From NCBI GenBank assembly GCA_002633005.1, contig NMRA01000271.1:451588-515587 (forward strand): DNA of 64,000 nucleotides, written 5' to 3'. Below, piece after piece: positions 1-12,900 of this stretch. The translations under genes and the position numbers were made by a program. The number at the start of each line of letters is the position of its first letter. Within the stretch, counting starts at the first letter, position 1. Under the pieces are notes generated by a model that worked only from the letters and a program-made list of their open reading frames with translations, was not told where the DNA came from and ran no database searches. The DNA is from Phoronis australis. Lineage: Eukaryota; Animalia; Phoronida.

Positions 1-359
1 CATGCCGAACTTTCAGTTGTAGGCCACGGTGTGTCCAAAGACAAATAAATCCGTAACAGCGATATAAAGCAACTTGTTTTTATAAGAACTCGGTGTATTT
101 TTAAGGGTTTTACATCGAATTTTGGCGATTTATTGGTGTTAAACGATTAATTCAAGCAATAAGCTGACACCAGTAGCCCGTGTTGTGAACTGCTGAACAG
201 ACTGCGTGTCAGGAAACCCGGAATATACGCCATTGGATAATTTCAACACCTCCGTCTGCCGTCAGGTGTGAGGTAACGCAACCGTACGTGCCCTTATAGA
301 GTAGACCTACTCGATCTAAATTGGTACAAATTAGGTTGTTTTTTGGGTGGCATGCTCCT
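1..359 (-). mobile_element. End of a Kolobok-like non-autonomous DNA transposon
   Basis: Terminus gggtggcatgctcct|TTAA. The sequence is an inverted homolog of about 46576-46890. Confidence 0.6.
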
Positions 360-363
360 TTAA

Positions 364-1570
364 AGATTGTTCATATACTTTTGGATAGTTGTCAAACGAA
401 CGCAAAATAAAAATATAGAAACAGATGAGTGTAATAGATACACTGTGTAATTTGAGGGTGCACAATGTATCAAATACACTCATCTGTTTGAAATATTTTT
501 TAACTTAAAAATGTTCCATGTGATGATTTCCCGAAACTATTCCGTGGAACTTTAATCTTTGGTGACTGGATAACATTGTTTGCAGCAAAACAGTTCATCT
601 ACTGTTACATTCATAACGTTGGTCCCGATTTTGAGTATTTTTATTATAAAAATTGTGAAAATCTATTTAGAGCATCCCTAACAATCTTACTCAAACTTGC
701 ACAATCGGAGTATGCTTAAAGACTGTTCATTTATAACATTTGGGCAGTTGTCAGGCGAACGAAAAAAATATAGAAACAAATCAGCGTAATTGATGCACTG
801 TGGAATTTGAGGGTGCACACTGAACCAAGTTTACTCACCCGCTTGTATATTTTTTAACTTAAAAATGTTCCAGTGCCCTAGTCACGTAAGCTGCAGCGCC
901 GAGTAAGTGGGACGGGCCAAGCTGCCGAAGGCAGTGGATGCCCTAGTCCCGTAAACTGCAGATAGCCGAGTAGGCGGGGCGGGCCAAGCTGCCGGAGGCA
1001 CCGCGTGCCCTAGCTAGTCCCGTAAGCTGCAGAGCCGAGTAGGCGTGACGGGCCAAGCTGTAGGAGGCAGCGCGTGCCCTAATCCCGTAAGCTGTTTTGA
1101 AATGTTTTTTAACTTAAAAATGTTCCATGTGATGTTTTCCTGAAATTATTCCATGGAACTTTAATCTTTGGTGACTAGATAACATTGTGTGCATCAAAAC
1201 AGTTCATCTATTGTTACATTCATGACATTGGTCCCAATTTTGAGTAGGTCCTATTTTTATAATACAAGTTGTGAAAATCTATTTATAGCACCCTTAATAA
1301 ACTCAAACTTGCACAATCGGGGTAGCTTAAAAATGTTCCTATACAACCTTTGGATAGTTGTCAAGCAAACGCAAAATAAATATATAGATACCAATGAGTG
1401 TAATTGATACACTGTATAATTTGAGGGTGCACGCTTTTTCAAGTTTACTTATCTGTTAGAAACATATTTTTTAATTTAAAAATTTCCATGTGATGTTCCC
1501 TCATATTATTCCATGGAACTTTAATCTTAGTGACTGGATAACATTGTTTGCAGCAAAGCAGTTCGTCAAT
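364..1570 (+). repeat. About 356-bp tandem satellite-like repeat (about 3 partial copies)
   Basis: Recurring tttgagggtgcac (near 452, 807, 1421) and aaaaatgttccatgtgatg blocks. Confidence 0.8.
873..1094 (+). repeat. GC-rich minisatellite of about 62 bp (about 3.5 copies)
   Basis: Unit gtgccctagtcccgtaagctgcagagccgagtaggcggg.cgggccaagctgccggaggcagcgc. Confidence 0.85.
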
Positions 1571-1825
1571 TTTTCTTGAAAGTCACTATTACTATTAGGC
1601 CTACTCCTTACTTATCCCTAGCATGATTGTCATGGAAAACTATTTTGAAAAAATGAAACATAAAGTTGGCATTAATTACAGAGTAGATGTACCTGCTTGG
1701 CACATTCAATTCGTCTGAACTGTGAAGTAACATTTTCTGTGTTCTGTAGTTAACACTTTTTCTATTCTAGAGCTTTTATTCATCAATTTTTAGTATAATC
1801 ATTATGACGATTTTCGATACAAGGG

Positions 1826-2157
1826 CAAAATGGGTGCACCTTATGCCATGAGAATGTCGAAATGAGAGCACGCCATAAGAATGAGCACATTATATTATCT
1901 CAGGGAGAATGTAAAAATGGTAGCACCTTATGCTACGAGAATGTTAAAATGAGTGCACCTTATGTATAAGAGTGTCAAAATGGGAGCACTTTACTTGTCA
2001 TGAGAATGTTAAAATGGGAGCAACGTATGCAAAGACAACGACAAAATGTAAGCATCTTATGTTATGAGAATATGAAGATGGGAGCACCTTATGCCACGAC
2101 AATGTCAAAATGGAATCACCTCATGCCACCAGAATGTTGAAATGCGCACACCTCTTA
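1826..2157 (+). repeat. Minisatellite of about 32 bp
   Basis: Repeated aaaatgggagcaccttatgccatgagaatgt, about 10 diverged copies. Confidence 0.85.
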
Positions 2158-3752
2158 TTAATTTTACCGCCACGCTCCGAGCACGACATTCAACAATGTC
2201 ACAATGTCTGAGGCCCAGAGCAGTAATGGACCACCAAAATAAACATGAGCGCCTTTGGAGACTGAAGCAAATGTGCAAGAGCACGCCACTGAGCAGTGAG
2301 CAACGGTAAGCGACAGGGCCTTGCAAGTTACTATTTGATGCCTTATTTGGCTATTGCATGGGCGGCACAGCACTGGAGAAAGTGGGGGGGGGGGACTATA
2401 GCTGACATTAATATTTTTCTTTCCCACAACATTTGAGCCAATCACATGAAGGTGCTGAAGAAGGTACAGCTTGTTGCACTTTTGTACCTCCCTGACGACG
2501 ATAGGTATCCCGATGAGGCTGTGTGCTTCAAGCACGTGGCTATTAAACATTACTGCAGAAACGAAAGCGTTGCTGCTACGCCCACTTGCCTGCACGACAA
2601 GGATAAATATCGTTCACTGTTCACCATTTTATTATTTTTTTGTAAAGCTAACCAATGACTGCCGAGGTTACATCAACCAGTGGTAAAGCGCAGAGAACCA
2701 ACGAGAAACATAAGCCTACCATGATTAGCAGACGACGTAGCCTACTTGACAAAATTAGTACTCAGCAATTTGGCCAGGTGTCGCTAGTGAATGACGTCCA
2801 TTGAAAGTGTATTATGTAAGAAGTTGGCGGTGTTCCATCATGCTACAGTTTTTGGTGTAGATCCAGGGCAGCTCTATTACGCTACGTACGGTAAAGATTC
2901 TCGGGTAGGCCTAATCGTTTACAATATGACGAAATTTTAGGGGGTGGACATGGCCCCGTTGGTCCCCCCTTAAATCCGCCACTGCTTTTTGCCACTACTT
3001 AAGCTGAACTCTTACGAAGTTACGGAAGGCAACGGCCATCGCCTCTGCTGGCCCTATGTGTTTGTAGGGCCAGCAGAGACGATAGTCATTGCCTAGTCTT
3101 AAGGTAGAAATTTAGGGTATACATATGTCATGTAGGCTATATGTCCGTCACACTAACTCCCATCAAATTGACAGGTGTTTTTTAAAACAATCCTGGACCT
3201 CTAAATTATCATATAAAACAAAGAAAGATAGTAACTGTTTACAGTTCACACCAAATAAAATTTGAATACTGGTTTTGCAAATTAAAATTCAAATTCTGTG
3301 GGTGCATTTCAAAGTCAAGCTAAGAGGTAAGACATAAATGGATGCAGCCGTTGAAAGTTACTAATATTGACTGACAGTGATAGTGTGTCCAACCGTTACA
3401 AATAGAAATGCCCACCGTATGAAGGGTTTGCAGTTTTGTCTGTTACTTCATTACTAGCTTGTAGATACAGAATAGTAATTTTGTACTGTGTTTCAGTTAC
3501 TTTACTACAAAATTGCATTCACACCCTATAGATACCAAATGAAAAGTTTGCATGTACAACTTAACTGTAATGTGTTTACCTTGTAGATACCGGATATATT
3601 TTTTCTTTATGGCAGTTGATCAAACTGGAGAATCGAAAAGTAAGGGTTTGGAGATTGGGTTTGAATTTTGGGATTAGATTTTGGAGCCTGTAGTCTTTCA
3701 AGGCCGTTCTTTCAGATAATCCATTTGAATTGTCTTGGAAACGTTTGATGTC

Positions 3753-3975
3753 ATGGCCAGGAAGTTTGAATCTCGTATGACTCACATTGACGTGACATTG
3801 GAGAGTAGCGAGGATGAGGAAGAAACTGATTATGAGGACTCCAGGGCCATCGAGGACATTCACTACGAAATGTTTGGCAGGGTGGCAAACAAATGGAAGG
3901 TCTGCACTAACATTGTTGATGGAAAAATTGATGGAGAGGAACACATCAAGATGGATGTCCGGAAAAAACAGTCTG
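3753..3975 (+). CDS. Putative first coding exon (MARKFESRMTHIDVTLESSEDEEE...KKQS), acidic N-terminus
   Basis: ATG 3753 follows the acceptor ttctttcag (3715). The open frame ends at a phase-1 donor G|gtaaat that fits the next exon. A homologous exon lies at 44472-44702. Confidence 0.6.
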
Positions 3976-6900
3976 GTAAATCAGGCCTGAGATTACTGAT
4001 CTTCAACCTGGAAAATTGATAAATGCAATTGCATGACATAATTTGGTTTGAGAATTTTTTCATGCTTTTAGTTAGTCAGGCTAAACTGAATTATAGTCAT
4101 GTGGCGTACTGAAATTTGAGTAAAGTTTCAAGTTGCACGTGATCTAAGCTGTCAGTTTTCGAGTTTAGTCTCGTGTGTTTCTGTACCCATGTGGTCACAT
4201 AAACTGACAGTCGGTCTAAAGTAGAGACAACAGTCAGGCAAATAAAAACCAAAATTCCAACACCTGGTATAAAACGAGTTACTATATTAGTGAAAACATG
4301 TTTTAGAATGAGAGGTTATTCAGTGTGGTTGTAAAACAAACAAGAATATTTGCATGGTCACTAATATGTTCCTTATATACAAAATTTCGGGCTTATCTAA
4401 TATACCTACTAGTAGTTACCAGGTCATGCTGATTTGTTAAATTCTTGGAAAAAGTCGTAAGTTTAGAAAGCAAGATAGCGCTTCCACACTTTATTAGAAT
4501 GAAAAGGATCTCTAAGAGACTGTTGAGCTTGAGCTAAGCTTATTTGGCACGGGATCCAGGTTATTACTGGACTCTGCAGTATAGCTTGGCACTGAAACTT
4601 CAGGTCACATGACATGCTGAAGCTTCCCTAAGTGTGGCATGAAAGTTGAAACTCCACAACATCTAAGTGAGATTTTCCCAGTCTATCAGAGGTTTTGCAA
4701 CGTGCTACGTGATGGACTTCTTAACTGCCTGGAGGAAATAGCAAGATGATTTGCATTTAGCAGTCTTTGTATTAGTTCCTGAGGAAACCAGCGAATAGTT
4801 ACACTCAAGTTTTGCATGTGTGGACCATCACTTTACCCCCCTCTTCCAAAGCATAGAGAACTGCCCCGGGACGTGCTTTCAGAGAAATTGAGTTGTTGGA
4901 TGTTAAATGTGGCTAGTACACAGTTCCATGAACCAATTGAGTTTTCTTCAGTTCTTGAATTTTTATTGCATATCACCTCAGGGAAATATTATAGAAAATC
5001 TATAGAATTCATTCAGTAGTCCAAGATAAGGAGGTACAGTTTATTTGGTTCCAAAAGGGATCTTCACTCTGTATTTTTATAGGATGAAAAGGTGTTGATA
5101 ATGGGCACGCATATGCTAGAGGCTGGGTAGTACAATCATGCAGATGTTTTTGAATGTTGTATGTTTGTTTTGACATGGAATCTTTAAATGTATGCTCAAG
5201 TTGGCAGGGCACTGTGGTTGGCTGAGAAATTCAGATGTTCTGATATGTTGTTTCTCCTATAATTTCAGGAAGTCCTGCTGTTTATAAAGTTGTGTTTCCA
5301 AGCATTGAAGGTACGTATAATTGTTTGGTCTTTTATTCTGCTATTTATGAATAAAATACTGTTTAATATGAAAGATATTATTGATCATGATCATTGTCTT
5401 CTCTGCGTGTTATGACCTCCACCTGTTTTAATTGGGATCATGGTCTCAAAAACATATGCAAGCAAATTTTAAACATCTCGTTGTGGTCAATTCAGCAACA
5501 AACCCGACAATTCCCCCAACCCTTTGACACATCTCTTGGTTACGGTTGACCAAAGGAGACCAAATCTCATTTCCTCCCATGTCTGTCTAGCTGATATTCT
5601 CTCACTAAAGATCGAGTCATGTGATGTCCACTTGAATGTGCAAGGTTCTTGTTACTACTGCGTAATTGATCATTTTATTTGCAGAGAATACAAATTGGTA
5701 CAAGTCTCTTGAGTTTTTTTAGACTAATGTTTGGTGTCGTGCTACTTATAGTGATTGTATAGCATGTCTGTAGTCTTTTACTGTTGTACACATCTGGTAG
5801 TTTGTTGAATGTATTTATTCCTGTTGATCAGCTATAGGTGATGTTTTGCAGGTGTTGCAAACAACTTGTTTCTCCAAGTCCTACCATGGATAAACGTAAA
5901 GTCCCCTGTTGAATTTATCGGTACGTTTATTTTATCAGTTTAAAGTCATTGTAAAATTTAAAAACCATGTGCCTATTCCAAGATGTTTCATTTATATATT
6001 TTTTCACCAAGCCGTTGAAGATAGTGATCTAAGACGATGCAATCCACACCTTTCTGCAGATCTAGCCAGATCAGCATTCAACATTCATTTTGCCTTTTGA
6101 TTTTGAAAGTTTCTGGCGAAAGTCTGCATATAATTCACAGTTCACATTTATGTCAGCCTGCTTTGTAGTGTGCGAAGACAGTTCATGAAGTCCTAGTTGA
6201 AATTGTTTCAGTCGACGCGAAGCAAGGTCGTGAGAAAAAAGATGACTCGTGGAATGTAACAGTGGATTCTGCCAATGGGGAGAAAGTCGCAGTTGATATA
6301 AAAGGTTTGTTGTGACATGTTAACGCCTGACGGAAAACATTGAACTGCTGTTCAATTCTTGCTTGGCATTGTAACTTCAGTTATAAAAAATCTTTATCAT
6401 TTCTTCATCAGATTGATTCACCACAGGGTTGGGCTTGTAGTTACATATTTGGTAGTGGGATGTGGCTGCACTCTAGACCAGTGCTATTGTCTTGGAGAAT
6501 AAGAGAAAATGGGTACCCGAGGCCATTATACCAGGTGACGAAAAAGCATATCAATACATACTACGCTGCTGCTTTGTTGTCACTGAGCCTATTGCCTTTA
6601 TCAACCTGTTCCATAGGAGAGTTGTCCAGTTTGACTTCACCTAGCCATTGTTATGAGAAGATCATCAAATGATTTGTGTAGTATTCCAGTGTTATTCCCT
6701 TAACAGACATAAATCTTTAGTGCCCAGCTTATGACTGCAAGTTGTCCCTAGTATTTTTTCGCTTACTGGCTATTCATTGTAAGTCCAAGACACAGGTCGC
6801 ACAACAGGAAAAGATCTTGTGACACAAATCACGCGACTTAAAAATGTGAAAAAGAAATGTTTGATAATTTGTATTCATGCTTTGTATCTGCTATGTTTAT

Positions 6901-9900
6901 GTTGGTTGACTTAAGACAATTTTGGATACAGTTATCTAGGCTCTAGTAATAGTGAGGTGAAGATTTTCTCATCTTTGACTTGATTCCAATCCATTGCAAT
7001 CCGTGTTGTGACTGGTTTGAACACCAACATTTATAAGTGTCCGGGTTCATATGCAGAATATGTGGCTAGGGAGCTGATGGCTGGCATAAAAAGGTAGACA
7101 CGATCCAAAAAGGATGGTGTAGCAGTGATTTCAGAAAAACCTACAACAAGATTGAGCCGCTTAGGTAAATTATATGAACATAAAATTTTTAAAAATCAAT
7201 TTTTCAGAATTTTGCGATGTCATGGGTAATCAAATGACGCCAATTACGTACACCTTCATGCCAAGGTCTTCTGATAGTTCCATGGTGTCTGTGAAGATTG
7301 GGGACCACCATGTGGAAGGTTTGTGTCTGTTGCACCGAGCTCATGAGGGCTGCATCCTTCATTTAAATAATTCTAACCTAAAAACTAATTGCACTGACAG
7401 GTATGACAAATTTTGAGAAGCAGTTTGATGCCCATTATTTGGTGACGAAAACTGGTTCTTAAAATGCGTTACCCCTTTTAGTGACTATTACCCTTTGTTG
7501 TATAATTGTAAACAATGGTTTTAATGCCTCTCACAGTTTTGTTTCTGGGCTGGGTTACAAATCACATTTAAAACTTATCCACTTGTAAACTAAGGTCCAT
7601 TGTAGCGGGACTGTTATAGCATTATTCAACAATGGCATTGTGATCTGCTTGATGGTGTCATGTCATTCTTGTTATCTGTATAACTTTTGTGGAATTGGGC
7701 CCAAGATTTTGTGCAATGTATTGTGACTGTCAACTCCAAGTTTTTACCAGACTGTGGCCCATTCCAACAAAACTGACTTAGCTAAGACAAATCTTAAAGT
7801 TTAGTAAATTTTAAAATAAAAGTTAAATTTGTCTCAAAACCAATTCAAGAAAGAGATCTTAATTAATTTGACTTAAGTGTTTGACATAAGTTTTGTCTTA
7901 GTTTTGACTAACTTACTGAATGTGGAAGTTTCAAAGTTTGGAAGTTAAGGCAAATCTTAAACCTAAGTCAAAATTAATGAACTTAAGTCAGTTTCTTGGA
8001 AAAGGACCCTGTTCTGTATATGAGATGAACATCTAATTCTCAACTTTGGTATCTTGCATGTTCAGGGTACACAATGTTCTCCCTCGCGGCCCGTACAAGC
8101 TTTCTTAGTAACAGCGTCCTTGTCTCATCAATGTGATAATTCTTTTCTCGCAACCTGCAGTTCTTTTTTCAAACATTTTGTATCATGAATGACAGGAGGC
8201 GCTTGATACATTGTAGAGAACGTGTCTGTACACTACAACTGGGTGGTTAGTAAGAACAGAATTGGGTTCCTAAGAACAGAGTAGCAGGGTATATGAGAAG
8301 AACTGCATCTTATGAGAAAGAAGTGCGGTTATTTTGACCATCCACAAATACGTAGACGGGAATGTCATTAAGATGTCTTGATCTTGTCAAATATTGAGAC
8401 TTTGTTTCAGGTAGCCCAGCCAATGTCCAGTATTCCAGACGACCTTTGGCGAATGACTTGGAAGAGAGTTCATGCAGTAATTGTTTTTTCTTGAAGTTAC
8501 TTAAATTTAAAATAATTCTGTTAACAATTAATTATTGCATTGAATATTTAAACTCATTGAGCACACATAAAGATTTCGTAAAACCACTTTGAGGTGATGA
8601 TGTAGTGACATCGTGTCTAAAATCTCTTGGTCAGTTTACAGCAACCTCTTATTGTCTTAGCAGTTTGGGAGGTTTTGGTTGAACTTGATACTAGAGTTGA
8701 AGCTGTATTCCTCTTGTTAAGCTGACAAATGCCTTGAGTAATTGTGAAAGTTCGCACATTAATATTGTTCCTATTGGCCATTGGCAACATAAGTTTTCGG
8801 AAAAGTCTAGCTATTGTCGCATCCCTATTGACAAATGAAATTTTTAATTTTATTTGTGTCAACCTCAATTTCTAAAAAAAAATTTTATTGATCGTTAATA
8901 ATTTGTGATCGCATTGAGGAGAGTAGGGCTAACACAGACTTTCAGAAAATGTGACTAGTGCAGCGCCTCATAATGTTTTTGTAGCTCCTTCAATATTTTG
9001 ATAAATCTTTATGGAGTTTGGGTTGTTTATTTCTGTTGAGGGAAGCCCATCTGGGGTTAGTTTTCAGTTTTTGACTTCTGCGGCATCTGCTAATTGCTGG
9101 GTCCATCTTAACTAGTTGTTCTTTTGTATTGTTTTCATGACTGAGAAGAACATAAGTGATGCTGTAGATTCATGTGTATCTGGCTATAGTGGAAATGTTT
9201 GAAAAAACCGAACACCCCTTATATCTTAGCTGTTGCGAAGCACACGGTTGACGCATATCAATACATTGTGTTGATCTTGTGTTAAGTAACCGTAGCATCA
9301 TGGCAAATCTATGCCTGAACTCTGCTATGTTTTCAGACTCCCATGAGCGGAATAACATAGGTTCCAGCCTTCCAACCATCCCAGAGATGTCTTTGGATCC
9401 ATATCCTACTTACAGTTCCTCTATGCTTGGACAAAGTCATCAACAGGTGAAGAATTAGTGAACTATATCCTGTAACTGACACCTTGTTGTGTTACACGTT
9501 ATCAGAACTGGAACTGTTTGAGTACGGTTGGCTAATGACTGAATAACCAGCACTATTCTGCATGTATTGACTGTCACTTCATGGTAGTGATTATATTTAA
9601 TGAAACTGGATTTGCAGTTTTGACAAGAGTCTGTGAGTATAACCATTGCCTTGTAATGACCACAATGACTACAACAAGGATTTCAAAGTGGGCATGGTCG
9701 GCAAAATCTGCTCATTTTGCACCTTAAATATAGTTAAAATTGAACCATGAGAAAGCAGAAAGATGACGTTTGAGAATTTGCCAAAAATGTTGGATTTTAA
9801 GATGGTTTGGAAAAGTTTTTAAAGTTACGTACTAGGGATGATTTTTTTCCAGCCTGCCTATGTTCAAGAACAGAAAAATTCATCTAGTGGCTACAGAGTG

Positions 9901-12900
9901 TACGAGTCAGTGGCCCCACATCGGCAGCTTTCAAACAATGAGTACGAGGCACTTCGCAGTGCCTCGGGCAGTTTCAAATATTCTTACTACCCCACCAGAA
10001 GGAGCTCTGTACAACTAATGCCAAAACAGGTATTTTCTAGTTTATGATTGTGACGATTATTATTCAATTGCATCCACACATTATGTGGGTGGTTATTGTG
10101 CTATGACTGTGCAGGCATTTGTCTAATAGTTGCCTTGAAGATACTCTTGTTTACTTTCACCTGTCAATATGGAATGACTTAATTTATGGATAAAGTAGAA
10201 ACATTTAATTTGTAAGTTATAGTCCTACATGTTTCTGTCCTGTCCATGAAATTGATGATTTGCTGGATGAAGAATGGGCAAGTATCATACTCGCCGGTTA
10301 GCAGGCATGTGAGTCAGTGGAAGAACTTATTAAGTTATACCATGCCATCTGTTGGAAATAAGTTTTTAATTGGTTTAGTTATTGAAAGAATTGGGAGATC
10401 TTAGGTTTGTAGCACATCCTGTTCGAACTTTGAGTTAGTTTTCTTGTACCCTCTGACACTGCTCCACCTATTCTGGAAAGTGGCCCTGTGAAAATATGAT
10501 GAATGACACATGGAATTTCGTACGTGTGGGCTTCTATGCGCATGCTTGGTCAGAAGTTTACCCATCACATCACCACCACTTGCTCGCGGCCTTTATGCAC
10601 TGTACATGTTTGCCAATGATCATTGTTCTCCTGATTTTGTTTATTTCGATCATTGCCCGTTGTAATAAATTGCAACTGTATAAGTCAAAGGATGTTGCCA
10701 TAGTATGTTACAGTAAACTAAAAGGGGTTTCCCAGGTTTCAACCAATAGGAATTACTGAATATCATGACATCGGTGAAGCCACGTTAAATAACATTCCAC
10801 AGTACGTAATACCTTTGGCAGCATTGTGAGAGAGTGTAGGTTTCTTGCTGCTTGGATGGGAAAAGTATTTGATGTTCAAATGATGTAATTTTGGAATGCG
10901 ATCCAAGACACACTCTACTCATTTGACTACAATATCTTGGCATACCTGAATGTCATTACAAGAGTTGCTGCTGATATCCTTCGCAGGCAAAAGATTTAGG
11001 TCAATTTCAGAGTTGTCTCCACAAATCAAGTGTGCCAGATAAAGGCACTTGAAATGATACCACAGGATGCAGTTACCTTTCATTGTGGCCACTGAACTGG
11101 AATCACACTTCTAGGTACTTGAAGACATTGTGTTGTACCGTACCAGTCGACGCTTAAGGCATGTGGACCCTGTAGAGTACTCCTCTGTTGAGGTAACAAT
11201 CGGACAGTTTAATCCAAACACAACAACGCATGTGAAGATCACACGTGAAGCATTAAAAATGGGCATTGAGAAACGGGACGTTGAGCTCCTGGATGTTGGT
11301 GAGTCTTGTACTGTACACAGTTGTTATAAAGACATGGAATAATTTCAAATAAATACACCGATTCCTTTTTATGTGCCCACATATTTATATGTGGTGGCAT
11401 ATTGCTGTCGTCTCTGTCTGGGCGTCCGGCGTCTGCAGCTGTATCTCCTAAACCCCTCGCAGGATCTTGATGAGATTTAGCAGATGTGTTCCTATCAAGC
11501 TATCAACAGATGACAGCAAATTTTGAGCCTTTTTGGCAACTGTTGTGCCCCCTAGTGGCAAATTTAGTTTTTTACGCTTACCTCTGTATCTTCGGAAGTA
11601 CTCAACGTATTATCACGATGAGACTATCCTTTATCATGATGAGACTATCCTTTCATTTTTGGATGGATTAAACATTATAGTTTGCGCTACCCAGTGATTA
11701 TTTTTACTGTTTTTGAGTCTGCAGGATCTTCATTAAATTTGAAAAGTGTATTTATATGAAGCTAACAATAGACGACTGTCATAATATTGTACTATCCTCT
11801 GTTGACTCTTCCAGTGTCTGTAGACTATCGTGTTGCATACTCTATGTTTAAGCCATGTTTCCTGTACTAGAGAGCTCTCTCACTCTTCCTCCACATGTAT
11901 ATTATTCCTAATAAATCTGTGTTTATCTAGTGCCTCTATAACCATCCATAATATAACAACAACGACTTTCAGGCAGACGCTGTGACCCTAGTGGCAATTT
12001 CATTTTTTTCCGTTTTCCTTCGTTTCGCTGAAGTTCCTTGACAGATTTTTATGAAATTTGGTAAATAAGTTTCTATTAAAGAAGTGATGGCGTGTTCTGT
12101 TTTCAGATGGATATTATGTTTTACGCCATCTAGTGGCCATTTTTATGACACAAATAAACAACTTTATGAGCACACCATTTGCGGTGCATTCGTGGGTGCA
12201 TTTCAATGATCTACGTTGCTTTTGTTTTAGTTTTTAAAAGAGTGTGTTTTATATATTTTAAGAAGTTACTCAAGATATAGGGCAACTACTTGATCTCCCC
12301 CACCCACTTCACTATTGCTGAATAAAGTTTAATCAAAATTATGAATGCATCACAGTCTAAAAACAATTGATGGAAATTGTCTAGAGTCAATAACTAATAG
12401 TTATGTGTATATTCTCTCAGACTGCACTCCTAACTCACTTTTCATGAAACAGACCTCAGATGAAGCATTTTCAACTTTTTTGATTATATATATTCTGGCT
12501 ATCTTGTTTACCAAAAATTCCTTGATCTCTGCAAAAGTTCATATTCTCGTTTCCTTCAAGTTGGCACTCACGGCAACTGTTTTCCTTAGTTGTTGCGATG
12601 ATGTTTCAATCAATGGTAGTGCGGCAGTTTGTGATCCTGGAAAATGAGTTATTTTGCTCGAGATCAGAGCCTTTGCCAAATTTTAAAATTAGGCGATATT
12701 GATTGTCCCAAATTCAAGAATTGAGGTCACTGAAAGACGATCGCTCACCTTGATATTACGCTTCATGTGCAGAAATGTTCTGTCAGTGACAATTTTTGAC
12801 AATTTTAAGATTTGTCGAGTCTGTTTTCAGAAAAGGTCAATGTCCGATATTTGAGAAATATGATCAATAACGAAATCGCTCTCATATCTCAACCTTCAGA

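Noticed and set aside
2091-2686. Cluster of overlapping 70-143 aa ORFs
   Set aside because: No recognisable domain. They overlap a minisatellite and a repeat also found inverted near 39900-39950.
4816-5019. ORF MCGPSLYPP... as a possible TRPC exon
   Set aside because: No convincing phase-compatible splice sites and no similarity to the paralogous region.
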